Of a stretch of DNA of 50,319 bases, positions 35,321 to 44,701 are shown piece by piece; the stretch's first letter is position 1, and each line of letters opens with the position of its first letter. The stretch comes from a virus. Taxonomy: Duplodnaviria > Caudoviricetes. The notes beneath the pieces are model-generated. The model searched no databases. It was not told the origin of the DNA and worked only from the letters and a program-made list of their open reading frames with translations. A program made the position numbers and the translations under genes. Location of the stretch: positions 1-50,319 of the IMG/VR virus record IMGVR_UViG_3300046780_000444. One strand, given 5' to 3'.

Positions 35321-36891
35321 CAGCCTCCACTACCAAAGCCGAGTTTCACGCTCTTTTCGGCCTGGTCCCGCTGCATCTTGAGCCAGCCATAGGTGTTCTC
35401 CAGCGGCTTGTTGTCCTGGTCCCCTTTGCGCGCCTCGCTTGCCGAGACCTGCAAGGTGAGCCCGAGCCCGATATAGGCCAGCGTGTCGACGAAATCGTCA
35501 TGCGCGTCGTAAGGGAACTTCAAGAGCTGGTCCCGCGCCGCAGGCCACCACGGCGCGCGCTCCGGGAAGCGCACGCGGTTCATGCTGAGGCGGCCCTGAA
35601 TGGACTGCGCGCGCGTTTGCTTATCGGCGATCGGCTGCATCTCGATGAGACTGCAGAAGGTGTGCGTCTCAAGCATGCGCTTGCGGAGGAAGGGACCGAG
35701 CGATTTCGAGATATGACCGCGCTCGGCCCACCAAAAGAGGGGCTTATGCAGCTTCATCATGCGCAGCATGCTCTCGACCGTTTGCTCGGCAGTCATCTGC
35801 CGCCACACGAGATCGGGCAGCACCCAGATCGTATCTTCCTTGTCGACGCCGATCATCATCAAGCAGGTCTTGTCCGAGCCTTGCTTCAACGCGACGGCGT
35901 GATCGGATGCGGCGTAGCAGCGAAGGTTGGCGGGCAGATCGTTGGGGCGATACGTGTGCAGCCAATCGACGCTAAAAAAGGTCCCGCCTGCCGGGCTCGG
36001 CCGCCCTTGATAGAGCGCGCTGAAGCCACGCACGTCGCGACGCTGCAGCGATTGCAGATAGGATTTGCCGAAACGGCCAGGCCATAAGGGCTCGTTGACT
36101 TGGCGATGCAAAGGGTCCTTGCCGTCATCGAAAGCCAAGGCGGGAAGGTCGATAATATGCCATTCGGCCGCTTCCTCGGGGTCGTAGTAGGTATTATGCG
36201 GATCGGTGAGCCGACCGATCAGATCGTCCTGATGCCAGCGCGTCTGGATCAGCATGATACGGCCGGTCTCGTCCATGAGCCGCGACGCGATAACCTGCGT
36301 GAACCACGTCCACAGCGTGTCGCGGATGGTCGGGCTGTCGGCTTCCATGCGGTCTTTGATCGGGTCATCGATGCACAGAAGATCGCCGCCGCGGCCGGTG
36401 GTGGTCCCGCCGCGGCCGACAAAGGCGAGAATACCGCCCGCATTGGTCTCCAAGCGGTCGCTGGCTTTGCTGTCGCTTTTGAGCGCGGTTTGCGGGAAGA
36501 CCTGCGCATAGGCGGGGCTCAGCATGATGTCGCGCACGGCGCGGCCGATGTCCTGCGAGAATTTCTCGTTGTAGGTCCCGAAGATGACACTCAGCTCGGG
36601 ATGCTTGCCCGCAAACCACGCCGTGAACATTTTCGAGGCGAGCTGCGTCTTGCCGTGTCTTGGGGGCAGGTTGATGATCAAGCGCCGGATGCGCCCGGCT
36701 TCGAGTTCTTCGAGCGCGGCGCAGATCACTTCGTGAAAGCGCTGCACCTCGTAGCGCGAGAAGTCGGGATCGTCGGCGTGGTTCGGGTTGGGCATCATCA
36801 GCTTGGTGAACGCAAGCATCGAGGTCTCGGCATCCGTCACCGCAATGAGGCGCTTTAGGGTGGTTTCGTAACGGACGAGATCCGGCGTCAT
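35317..36891 (-). CDS. terL: Terminase large subunit
   Basis: INLPPRHGKT (Walker A), TGRGGDLLCIDDP, IQTRWHQDDLIG, ALYQGRP, AASDHA, HDDFVD. Confidence 0.95.
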   Translation of the reverse strand: MTPDLVRYETTLKRLIAVTDAETSMLAFTKLMMPNPNHADDPDFSRYEVQRFHEVICAALEELEAGRIRRLIINLPPRHGKTQLASKMFTAWFAGKHPELSVIFGTYNEKFSQDIGRAVRDIMLSPAYAQVFPQTALKSDSKASDRLETNAGGILAFVGRGGTTTGRGGDLLCIDDPIKDRMEADSPTIRDTLWTWFTQVIASRLMDETGRIMLIQTRWHQDDLIGRLTDPHNTYYDPEEAAEWHIIDLPALAFDDGKDPLHRQVNEPLWPGRFGKSYLQSLQRRDVRGFSALYQGRPSPAGGTFFSVDWLHTYRPNDLPANLRCYAASDHAVALKQGSDKTCLMMIGVDKEDTIWVLPDLVWRQMTAEQTVESMLRMMKLHKPLFWWAERGHISKSLGPFLRKRMLETHTFCSLIEMQPIADKQTRAQSIQGRLSMNRVRFPERAPWWPAARDQLLKFPYDAHDDFVDTLAYIGLGLTLQVSASEARKGDQDNKPLENTYGWLKMQRDQAEKSVKLGFGSGGW

Positions 36892-36894
36892 GCG

Positions 36895-37125
36895 TTAGAT
36901 CGGTGTGCCCCCTGCAAGGATGTAGTCGCGATAAGCCTGGCGATGAACGCGCATCAAGGCCGGGGTTGCGTAAGGCAACGGCGGCGCGGCAAGAGGCTCT
37001 GGCGTCTCTTGCGGCGCTGGCGTTGGCGGCTCAGGCGCTGGCGTTGGCGGCGCTGGCTCGGGCGTTGGCTCGGGCGCTTGTGCGGCGGCGGCATGGTGCG
37101 GCTTGGAGCGGGGATGATTGCGCAT
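36895..37125 (-). CDS. Hypothetical Pro/Glu-rich protein
   Basis: SD AAGGAG; PEPT/PAP repeats. Confidence 0.55.
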   Translation of the reverse strand: MRNHPRSKPHHAAAAQAPEPTPEPAPPTPAPEPPTPAPQETPEPLAAPPLPYATPALMRVHRQAYRDYILAGGTPI

Positions 37126-37139
37126 CTGCTGGCACTCCT

Positions 37140-37646
37140 TTAAGGCGCGTTGACAGTGACGGTGTTGGACGGCGGCGCTGCGGTGCTGCCGCGTACGTTC
37201 TCGGCCGTGACCGTGCAGGTCACGAAGTGGCCCTCGTCCTCAACCACGGTGATGTAATCCGGGCTGTCCTCGCCGATCGGATCGACATCATCGCGCAGCC
37301 AGGCGTAGTGATAGGCGGTCGGCTCGCCTTGCCAGTTGCCCATCGTGCAGTTGAGCGCGTCGCCCGTGACGACGGGGCCGATCGGCAAGAGCGCCGGAAC
37401 GTCAACATTGACCGGGGCCGTCTGCGGCAACGGCGGCGGCAGCTCGATGCCGCCCGGGATCAACGACGCGACGTTGCCCCCGAAGCTGTCATCCTTAATC
37501 GCGCCCACCCAGACTTGCGGCGCGGCGCCAGCCGTTGTTCCCAGCTCGATATAAAGCTCGCCAGCGGAAAGGCTATCCGGCCGCGGCGGGAGAAAGCCGA
37601 CGCGATAGGACGCCATCATCGTGACGGTTTCTGGATCGACGCTCAT
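37140..37646 (-). CDS. Ig-like domain virion protein
   Basis: APVNVDVPAL..VTGDALNCTMGNWQGEPTAYHYAWLRD..YIT..DEGHFVTCTVTAEN. Confidence 0.65.
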   Translation of the reverse strand: MSVDPETVTMMASYRVGFLPPRPDSLSAGELYIELGTTAGAAPQVWVGAIKDDSFGGNVASLIPGGIELPPPLPQTAPVNVDVPALLPIGPVVTGDALNCTMGNWQGEPTAYHYAWLRDDVDPIGEDSPDYITVVEDEGHFVTCTVTAENVRGSTAAPPSNTVTVNAP

Positions 37647-37876
37647 TGACCGGCCTCCATCGAAAAGACGTTATCGCTGCGCTGTATGGGTTCGGCTTGC
37701 TTCGCACAGAGCTGTTCATATTCGGCTTGCTGCGCATAGAGCTGATCGTGCAGCGCCTGGATGATCGGATTGACGACGCGGAAAGGCCCCTCGCCGAGCG
37801 CCGCGAGCACCTGGTTCCATTGCTGCGCTTCCAGCGTGACGGTCAGGCGATCGGTCGGGTTGAAAGGCTGGGTCAT
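37643..37876 (-). CDS. Hypothetical (tail-associated) protein
   Basis: LTVTLEAQQWNQVLAALGEGPFRVVNPIIQAL; ATGA overlap. Confidence 0.6.
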   Translation of the reverse strand: MTQPFNPTDRLTVTLEAQQWNQVLAALGEGPFRVVNPIIQALHDQLYAQQAEYEQLCAKQAEPIQRSDNVFSMEAGQ

Positions 37877-38421
37877 GGCCCGATGCGGCACCCTTGCATC
37901 CACGTCACGGGATTGGGGAGGGGCGATCCCACGATGCTCAAGGGTGCCGTGCCTTGCACGCGGATAAACCCTTCGATGTAATCTGTCGTACCGTTGAGCT
38001 TCGCCAAAGCGGTGACGTTAATAGAGCAAGCGCCGGCGACGGTATCGCCCGTGCGTCGCCACTCGGCACCGTTCAGATAGATCATCGCATTGATGAGCAA
38101 GATCGGCGTGCCGTTGCCATAGGCCGTGAGCATAATCTGATAGGTGCCCGCCACCGTCGGCTGAAAGCGCGACAGTCCCGCGTTCCAAAAGCTCCCGGTA
38201 TCCCAATCGACATGATCGAAGGGGATTTTCGTTGTCGAGAAGTTGGCCAGTCCGCCGACGGCGGCGGTAAGCCCGACGCTGAAGTTTGGACTACCCGGGG
38301 TTACGGCGGTTACGGCGGTTACACCGCTGACCCACTTCGCGCCGTCCCATATCCACGTCGTGCCGTCGGAGCCGGTGTAGGTCTGGCCGGTGGCCGGGGA
38401 GCTGGGGAAATCGAGGGCCAT
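37873..38421 (-). CDS. Tail-associated protein with C1q-like domain
   Basis: MALDFPSSPATGQ..WIWDGAKW then FSV, IPFDHV.WD, FQPTVAGTY, IYLNG, LNGTTDYIE. Confidence 0.65.
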   Translation of the reverse strand: MALDFPSSPATGQTYTGSDGTTWIWDGAKWVSGVTAVTAVTPGSPNFSVGLTAAVGGLANFSTTKIPFDHVDWDTGSFWNAGLSRFQPTVAGTYQIMLTAYGNGTPILLINAMIYLNGAEWRRTGDTVAGACSINVTALAKLNGTTDYIEGFIRVQGTAPLSIVGSPLPNPVTWMQGCRIGP

Positions 38422-38422
38422 C

Positions 38423-38611
38423 TTATGGCTTCTCCTTCGCGACCGGCGTCGGCGCGGGGTCCGGCTCGTTGCCGTCCTCAAGCCACGAAACATAATCCTG
38501 ATAATCGCGGTTGCCGGGATCGAAGGGGATGAACGCGCCGTCGCCGAGGCGCTGCACGATGCTCGGCTCTTGGCCGGGAAGTGCTGCGACGAGTTGATAT
38601 GCGTTCGCCAT
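38423..38611 (-). CDS. Small tail-fibre-associated protein
   Basis: DGAFIPFDPGNRDYQDYVSWLEDGNEPDPA. Confidence 0.7.
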   Translation of the reverse strand: MANAYQLVAALPGQEPSIVQRLGDGAFIPFDPGNRDYQDYVSWLEDGNEPDPAPTPVAKEKP

Positions 38612-38613
38612 AA

Positions 38614-40212
38614 TCAGAGGTCCGCCGACAGCGTTAGGTCAAAGAGAACGTAGTTTGGGCCTGCTGCCGGTGAGTTCGCCGAGACCCGCAAATGCGATGG
38701 CGCAGGTATGAACGCGGTTACGCCGCTTGCGTTGCCGTAGCTGACATTAGCGAAAGCAGCGGTAGGCGCAGCCCGCATACACACCGGCAATATAAAGTCG
38801 TTGTACATAGCCCCCGGGCCGTAAGTCGATGCTGTCATATTGATATAGCTTTGATAAAACCGCTGGCAGTTGGCGAGATCGTAGCGCGGGTCGGGCTTCT
38901 CAAGCGGCGTCGCGACGCTGCCGACCTCAAGCTGCACGCCCGCCAGCGAGATCGTGCCGCTCTGCACGCCGATACCAGTCGCCGCAGCGTAGTTTGATCC
39001 AGCCGAGTACCAAAAACTGATTTGAAAGCTGTTGAGGCCGCCGGTGCCGATCGTCTTGCCCGCCACTGATGGGATCGCTGCCGTCAGCGTGTAGCGTGTC
39101 AATGTGCTGCTCAGCGTCACTGTGCCCAGCGAAACCGGACCAACAGCGGTGCTACCACCCGTGCCGAAATTTTGACTGTAAGTAACGCCCAGCTTTGACC
39201 CACCGGGGGAAGCATTAGCCCAAAACGACAGCGTGACCGTCAGGCCGGATGTGCGCTGCACACCTTCGATGTGCTGATACGCGATCACATAATCGCCTGC
39301 GCCGGAGCCGCCCGTAAAACCGTTGGCATAATAGTTCGTTACGCCGTCTAGCCCGGGGAGCGATCCAGCAGGAAGCGCGGCAGTGGAAACGCTCATCGTG
39401 CTGCCAGAGATCGCGGCGGCCCAGCGATCAGCCGTGTATCCGGTTGCCGTAAATGGCCCCGCGCCGCGCTGCTGGATGTTGAACAGCGGATTATGAAGAA
39501 GATTACGGCCGATGTTATTTGTGCTTGCCGTGTTGCCCGGCACGCTCGATGCCGTCACCCATTGCTGGCTTGTGCCGTCATTATAATAAACATAAAGCTG
39601 ACCCCCGGTGCTGTCCCACCACAGCTGCCCCGCCACCGGCGAGGCGGGCGCAGTCGCGAGGATCGTCGCACCGGACGGCTTGGCGTCGACGTATTGCCGG
39701 GTCGCGGCTTGCAGCGGCGCAGCGGGATCGGCCGCAAGCGTGAGCGCGCCGGTGAGGGTGCCGCCCGCCAGCGGCAAATACGTGCTGCGTATCGCCGTAT
39801 CCGCCGCCGCCAACGTCGTGTTGATGGCGTCGACGTACTGCTTCGTCGCGGGCTGCAGCGCCGCTGCTGGGTCCGCCGCAAGCGTGAGCGGTCCTGTGAG
39901 CGTGCCGCCGGTAAGGAGCAAGCGCAGCGCATCCTTGGCGTCCGTGTATTGCTTCGTCGCTGCGCCGAGCGCGAGAGAAGGATCGGCCGCCAGCGTGAGC
40001 GCGCCGGTGAGGGTGCCGCCCGCGAGCTTCAAATACGCGCCGCCCGCTGCGCCGCTGTCGGCCGGGTCCGATGAAAGCAATAAACGATTGCCGCTGCCCG
40101 ATCCGATCCATAGCTTCGTCTGCGGCCCCAGCTCGGCCGAAAGCGCGCCGGGCAGGAGCGTCGTCGGCGCGACATTGGTATTCGTGCGAAGAATTTGGAT
40201 CGTCTGCGCCAT
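38614..40212 (-). CDS. Tail fibre / receptor-binding protein
   Basis: Three GGTLTG.LTLAADP...AT(K/R)QY.D repeats; GQLWWDS; RNLLHNPLFNIQQRG; VQLEVGSVATP; CQRFYQ. Confidence 0.8.
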   Translation of the reverse strand: MAQTIQILRTNTNVAPTTLLPGALSAELGPQTKLWIGSGSGNRLLLSSDPADSGAAGGAYLKLAGGTLTGALTLAADPSLALGAATKQYTDAKDALRLLLTGGTLTGPLTLAADPAAALQPATKQYVDAINTTLAAADTAIRSTYLPLAGGTLTGALTLAADPAAPLQAATRQYVDAKPSGATILATAPASPVAGQLWWDSTGGQLYVYYNDGTSQQWVTASSVPGNTASTNNIGRNLLHNPLFNIQQRGAGPFTATGYTADRWAAAISGSTMSVSTAALPAGSLPGLDGVTNYYANGFTGGSGAGDYVIAYQHIEGVQRTSGLTVTLSFWANASPGGSKLGVTYSQNFGTGGSTAVGPVSLGTVTLSSTLTRYTLTAAIPSVAGKTIGTGGLNSFQISFWYSAGSNYAAATGIGVQSGTISLAGVQLEVGSVATPLEKPDPRYDLANCQRFYQSYINMTASTYGPGAMYNDFILPVCMRAAPTAAFANVSYGNASGVTAFIPAPSHLRVSANSPAAGPNYVLFDLTLSADL

Positions 40213-40652
40213 CAGTATGACCCTGCATCGATTGCGCTGACATTCAGCGGCGTGGTCGTGCCATTTCCTTTGATCGACGTTCCATCAACCGACACCGGCG
40301 AGACTTGCGCGTCGACATAAGCCTTCGTTACGGCATGCAGCGGCGCAGTCGGCGGCCCGCTCAGCGTAAGCAAGCCGGTCAAGATACCGCCCGTCATGGG
40401 CAGGACGTTCACCCACACCGCGTTGCTGCGGCCGTAGCTCGTGCTATCGAGCGGCGCATCCGAGATGCCCGCGCCGCCGACCGGCACGCGCCAGGTGATA
40501 TGCGAGCTGCCGTCCGTCGTCAGCGCCGCGCCGTTGCTGCCGCCCGCGATGGCGAGATATTGCGGGTCGCTCATCGTGATCTTGCCGCCCGCCGCCGTCA
40601 CGATGGTCGGGGTGTTGATGCCGTTCGCGAGCTGCCAGGCGTTCGTCGCCAT
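40212..40652 (-). CDS. Tail fibre-related protein
   Basis: TGATG-coupled start MATNAWQ; DAPLDSTSYGR; GGILTGLLTLSGPP...VTKAYVD. Confidence 0.7.
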   Translation of the reverse strand: MATNAWQLANGINTPTIVTAAGGKITMSDPQYLAIAGGSNGAALTTDGSSHITWRVPVGGAGISDAPLDSTSYGRSNAVWVNVLPMTGGILTGLLTLSGPPTAPLHAVTKAYVDAQVSPVSVDGTSIKGNGTTTPLNVSAIDAGSY

Positions 40653-42004
40653 CAGGGACCACCCCCGGGAAGGCCGACCACCATCCACTTGTCGGCGTCG
40701 GCTTCGGGCGCGACGATGAAATCGATGAAGCCCGCGCGTGTCGTGTAATCGCCGCCCGCTTCCTGGATGATGCCGTTGAGTGAGACAATGCAATCGACCG
40801 AGCCCGGCGGCGTGATCGTGCCGCCTGTCGAGTTCTGCAGCGGGAACGTCTTCGCGACGCCGTCGAACACCCAAAGCGAGGTGTTCACCTTGACGCCGGA
40901 GGGCGGCACCGAGACCGGGCTCACCTTCTTGAGGCCGATGATCTCGACCGTGCTGGGCGTGGTCACGGTAGACGTGAGCGTCACGCTGCTCGATGCAATC
41001 GTGTAATCGAGCACGGCAAGCAGCTTCACGCCGTTGAGATAGACCGCGATCTCGGAATTGACCGCGTCGAGAACCATCGTGTTGCCGTGATAATCGACGC
41101 CGGTGAAGACCGTCGTGGGCGTGGCCGGAAGATAGAGATATTCGCTGACCGTCGCGGGCGCGGGCTGCACCACGTCGTGCCAGAGCACGCCGTCGTAGAC
41201 CTGCGTCGTCTGCGACGTCGTATTCCAATACATCGCCCCGGGCGAGACCGGATCGCCGCATGTCGTATGCGTCGGCGGGTTGGCGTAAGCGCCGAGCCAA
41301 TAGCTTTGGATCGCGCACACCGCTTCGCCGGATGCATCGGTGACGATCTGGGCGGCGTTGTTCGCCCACCACCGGGAACTCCAATGGTCCCCGGTCACGT
41401 CCATCACCGCCAAGATATTCGGCGGGATCGTATCCGGCATGTGCTCGGCCCAGGCTTGCGTCAAGACGCCATAATCCGCGCACACCGCTTCGGAGCCGTC
41501 CGCGTCGTTCGCGGCATTCTCGGCGTCCGTCGCCGAGGCCGCGGCTTCGAGCGCCGACTGCGCGGCTTCCGCCGCCGAGTTCGCCGCATCAAGCGTATCT
41601 TGATCCGCGCGGGTAGCAGCATCTTGAATGACAGCATGCTGCGTGACGGCTGCGCGCACGGCAGCTTGCGCGATCTCGGCCGCGCCGCTTGCAAGTTGTG
41701 CCTGCGCCGCAGCGGTTTCTGCAAAGGGCGTGAGCTTTGCGACCGCGTCGCTGGCGATAAATTCAAACAAAGCATTCACGAGCTGCGGCTTTCCGACCGC
41801 GCCCGGGCGCAGCGTGCCATCCGAGTTGAGCGAGGTCCCAACCCATGCGATGATTGCGCTGATGACTTTGCGCAGGCGGGCAAGCTCGGCGTCGAGCCGA
41901 TCGCCGGGCGGCGGTGACGCGGGATGGTTTACCTGGAAGTCGGTAAATGAATATTGCTTATCGGGCGCCACCGGCATGGGCGCGCGCGAGGGCGTTCCAT
42001 CCAT
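40652..42004 (-). CDS. Tail fibre anchor / virion structural protein
   Basis: LDAELARL..LNSDGTL N-terminus, Ala-rich coil, GAMYWNT, VYLNGVKL...DYT and VSLNGIIQ...DYT domains. Confidence 0.7.
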   Translation of the reverse strand: MDGTPSRAPMPVAPDKQYSFTDFQVNHPASPPPGDRLDAELARLRKVISAIIAWVGTSLNSDGTLRPGAVGKPQLVNALFEFIASDAVAKLTPFAETAAAQAQLASGAAEIAQAAVRAAVTQHAVIQDAATRADQDTLDAANSAAEAAQSALEAAASATDAENAANDADGSEAVCADYGVLTQAWAEHMPDTIPPNILAVMDVTGDHWSSRWWANNAAQIVTDASGEAVCAIQSYWLGAYANPPTHTTCGDPVSPGAMYWNTTSQTTQVYDGVLWHDVVQPAPATVSEYLYLPATPTTVFTGVDYHGNTMVLDAVNSEIAVYLNGVKLLAVLDYTIASSSVTLTSTVTTPSTVEIIGLKKVSPVSVPPSGVKVNTSLWVFDGVAKTFPLQNSTGGTITPPGSVDCIVSLNGIIQEAGGDYTTRAGFIDFIVAPEADADKWMVVGLPGGGP

Positions 42005-42079
42005 CGCAGGTTTTGTCCTTCCGCCGCGCACGTTACACGTGAAACACGCCAGACAAAAGACAAAATCAAGGGGTGGCAT

Positions 42080-42364
42080 GCCCAGAGCCGCAGAAACCCA
42101 AGGCTTAGGGGATCGTTAGCTAAGACAAATCAATTTTAAAACCACAGAAATTTGGCCGAAAGGCCAGACGTCGTTAGCTAGAGCCAATGAAAGTTAAAAA
42201 GTGGCGGATTTCCTCGCGAGGTCATCATGTGGGGAGCGCGCGGGCGGCGGGATCCCCCCAGGGGTGGCGGAAGCCCTGGCGGCCGGTCCCGGGACCGCCG
42301 GGACCGCTCGGGACCGCGCCCTTCCCCTCAGATAGGGAAGGGACAAGTCAACGGGACCAATGGC
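42080..42364. other. Non-coding region next to terS, candidate packaging-initiation site
   Basis: Clustered GGGACC repeats, hairpin CCCTTCCC-N8-GGGAAGGG (42319-42342), IHF-like CCAATGGCTTA. Confidence 0.35.
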
Positions 42365-42718
42365 TTAGCTGATTAGTCCCATGCCGATCAGCGACCGAAG
42401 CCGTTCCAACTCAGCCACCAGCTCGGCCCGGGACAAGGTTGCAAGCGCCGCACCACTACGTTCCGGTGCAGCTTGGTGCCTGCCAATCAACCCTTCTATC
42501 TCTGCTAGAGTACGCGCTGCAATCACTCGCGCCGATGCTGGAATGTCGTTTGAATTCAATAGCTTAGTTAAAGTTTCAGCGACCTGATAACCCTCACGTT
42601 TTGTAATGTCCTGCCCTACAACCTTAGTCGGGACAAGCCTAGTCCCGGGCTTGGTCCCGTTGGTCCCGGGCTTGTCCCGCAGCTTGCCCGGGACAAGCAC
42701 GCGTTTAGCGATTTTCAT
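42365..42718 (-). CDS. Putative terminase small subunit
   Basis: TLTKLLNSNDIPASARVIAARTLAEIEG...LSRAELVAEL resembles TerS oligomerisation region; head of virion operon. Confidence 0.5.
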   Translation of the reverse strand: MKIAKRVLVPGKLRDKPGTNGTKPGTRLVPTKVVGQDITKREGYQVAETLTKLLNSNDIPASARVIAARTLAEIEGLIGRHQAAPERSGAALATLSRAELVAELERLRSLIGMGLIS

Positions 42719-43163
42719 ACCACCATGCCGTTGTTGAGCGGCGGCCGGGCGCCGCTGCTAGATCGATCGCTTGCCGCTGCACTTGGGACCAATGCAACGG
42801 CGCCGTGAAGCGCCTGTCCCATGCCAGGACAAGCGCCAAGCGCTGCGGCGCGCGCTTGCTTGTCTCAATTCCGTTCAAGTTTCGCCAGACAGGCAATGCC
42901 AGCAATTCAAGCGGCAGCAAGCCTGCCGTTTCGAGCCTCGCCAGCATGCGAGTTTCGCCCCGACCATATGCAGCCGACTGTCGGGACAACCGGCCGCTAT
43001 GCCGGACGCAATGCTTTTGCCCCTTCAACGCAAGTTGAGTGCAGCGCTTGCACTTGGGTTGCTGATCGATCGGGATCTGACAGCGCAGCAATGCCGCAAT
43101 GCTGTTCGGCGAGCCTCGCCAGCCACCGACCCTTTTCACTTCACCTAGCTGCACTTGTCGCAT
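42705..43163 (-). CDS. HGGxSTG-like zinc-finger protein
   Basis: CKRCTQLALKGQKHCVRHSG; such proteins commonly lie next to terS. Confidence 0.5.
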   Translation of the reverse strand: MRQVQLGEVKRVGGWRGSPNSIAALLRCQIPIDQQPKCKRCTQLALKGQKHCVRHSGRLSRQSAAYGRGETRMLARLETAGLLPLELLALPVWRNLNGIETSKRAPQRLALVLAWDRRFTAPLHWSQVQRQAIDLAAAPGRRSTTAWWYENR

Positions 43164-43179
43164 TGGTCCCGCTTTTCGC

Positions 43180-43208
43180 TTGTCTTGGTTGTGTCTTGCG
43201 ATTATACC
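43180..43208 (+). promoter_or_regulatory. Putative promoter of AAA-vWA operon
   Basis: TTGTCT-N17-TATACC with GTTGTGTC (43188-43195) in the spacer. Confidence 0.5.
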
Positions 43209-43266
43209 TTTTGTTGCGACACCTAACCACACCAACCTACACCAAGCGAAAGAAGGAACTAAATCA

Positions 43267-44697
43267 GTGGCTTATCCATCTCACATTGCGCGCGCGGCAT
43301 TGCGCCGTGCGCTTCGCGACAGCAAGGGTGACGTTACAGGCGTGCTTCATGGCCGTCTTGTGAACGATCTCACGATCGCTGAATTGAATGCTGCGCTTAT
43401 CGCGCTAGGGCAAGACCCCGACGCGATCGCGCGCGCTGCACTCAATCCGCTTTACGCTCCAATGCAAGCGCAAGCGATCGAGGCTCCTGCGATCGAGGAC
43501 GAGCCGCAAGCGGTCGAGGCTCCTGCGATCGAGAACGAGCCGACGCCCGACGAAGACCCTCACGGTGATGCGGCCGCGATCGAAGCTGAGATGCAATCGA
43601 TCCGAGGCTTGATCGCAACGGGCGGGTTCAGCGCTTTCGACGATAAGCTTCGCGCGCTTGTCATCGAAGCACGCAAGCCTGCGGTGGAAATACGCGTTGA
43701 AGTGCCGATCGATGGCGGCGGCACCGCAATCGCGCATGCGAGCAAACCCACAGGCAAGCATGCAACGTGGCGCGCGCTGTTCGGTATCACCGGACCGCTT
43801 GGCAAGCGCGAGACTGCGTTGTGGGACGGCATGCATCCTCACACTCCTGCGATCGATGATCGCTATGCGTGGCCTGCCTGCACCGCTGCGGTCCTCACTC
43901 AAATCGCGCGCGGGAAGAACATCATGCTCTTTGGTCCTGCAGGGACGGGCAAGACGCAATTCATGGCTCAGCTTGCAGCACGCACCGGCCGTCCCTATGC
44001 GCTCATAAGCTGCGACAACGGGACCGAAGCGGCCGCGCTGAAAGGCATGACCGTACCCGATGCAAGCGGAGGCGTGACATGGCAGGACGGGCAATTGACG
44101 CGCGCCATCAAGACGCCCGGATGCATCATATGCCTGGACGAGCCGAGCGTTGCGCGCTCTGGCGCGCTGTTCGTCCTGCAAAATGTGCTGGAGGATCGCA
44201 AGCTGTTTCTTGATGAGACAGGCGAGCGAGTGACAGTCGCGCCCAGCGTGATTTTTGCCGCAACCGACAACACCAACGGGACAGGCGGAGGGAGCCGCAA
44301 AGGCTACACCGACACCAATCGTCTTAATCACGCGTTCCTCGATCGCTTGAGCGTACGCGTGAAGTTCGATTATATGTCCCCCGACAGCGAGGCGCGCGTA
44401 ATCGTGGCGAAAACAGGTTGCACGCTCGCACTGGCAAGCTTGCTGGTATCCGCTGCGACTGTGACACGCGCCGCAGCCAACGATGCGACGCTATCGCATG
44501 GCATTGGGCTTCGACGCCTGTTCGCATGGGCCGAATTGCTGACCGATGGCATTGGCGCGGCCGATGCTTTTGAAATGGCAATTCTGAATTGCGCCGCCGA
44601 GCAAGACGTTGAAGCCCTGCGCGAACAATGCTTGCTTGCTTACGACGCTGGCAACGTGAAGCGCGCGCTCGAAGCCGTTGCGCAAGGGGGGAACTGA
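43267..44697 (+). CDS. MoxR/CobS-like AAA+ ATPase
   Basis: Walker A GPAGTGKT, Walker B ICLDEP, AATDNTNGTG, LNHAFLDR; GTG 43267 after AAGGA. Confidence 0.88.
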   Translation: MAYPSHIARAALRRALRDSKGDVTGVLHGRLVNDLTIAELNAALIALGQDPDAIARAALNPLYAPMQAQAIEAPAIEDEPQAVEAPAIENEPTPDEDPHGDAAAIEAEMQSIRGLIATGGFSAFDDKLRALVIEARKPAVEIRVEVPIDGGGTAIAHASKPTGKHATWRALFGITGPLGKRETALWDGMHPHTPAIDDRYAWPACTAAVLTQIARGKNIMLFGPAGTGKTQFMAQLAARTGRPYALISCDNGTEAAALKGMTVPDASGGVTWQDGQLTRAIKTPGCIICLDEPSVARSGALFVLQNVLEDRKLFLDETGERVTVAPSVIFAATDNTNGTGGGSRKGYTDTNRLNHAFLDRLSVRVKFDYMSPDSEARVIVAKTGCTLALASLLVSAATVTRAAANDATLSHGIGLRRLFAWAELLTDGIGAADAFEMAILNCAAEQDVEALREQCLLAYDAGNVKRALEAVAQGGN

Positions 44698-44701
44698 ACC
44701 C

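Noticed and set aside
38614-40652. Diversity-generating retroelement acting on the tail fibre
   Set aside because: No reverse transcriptase and no TR/VR pair differing at adenines; the repeats are ordinary fibre modules
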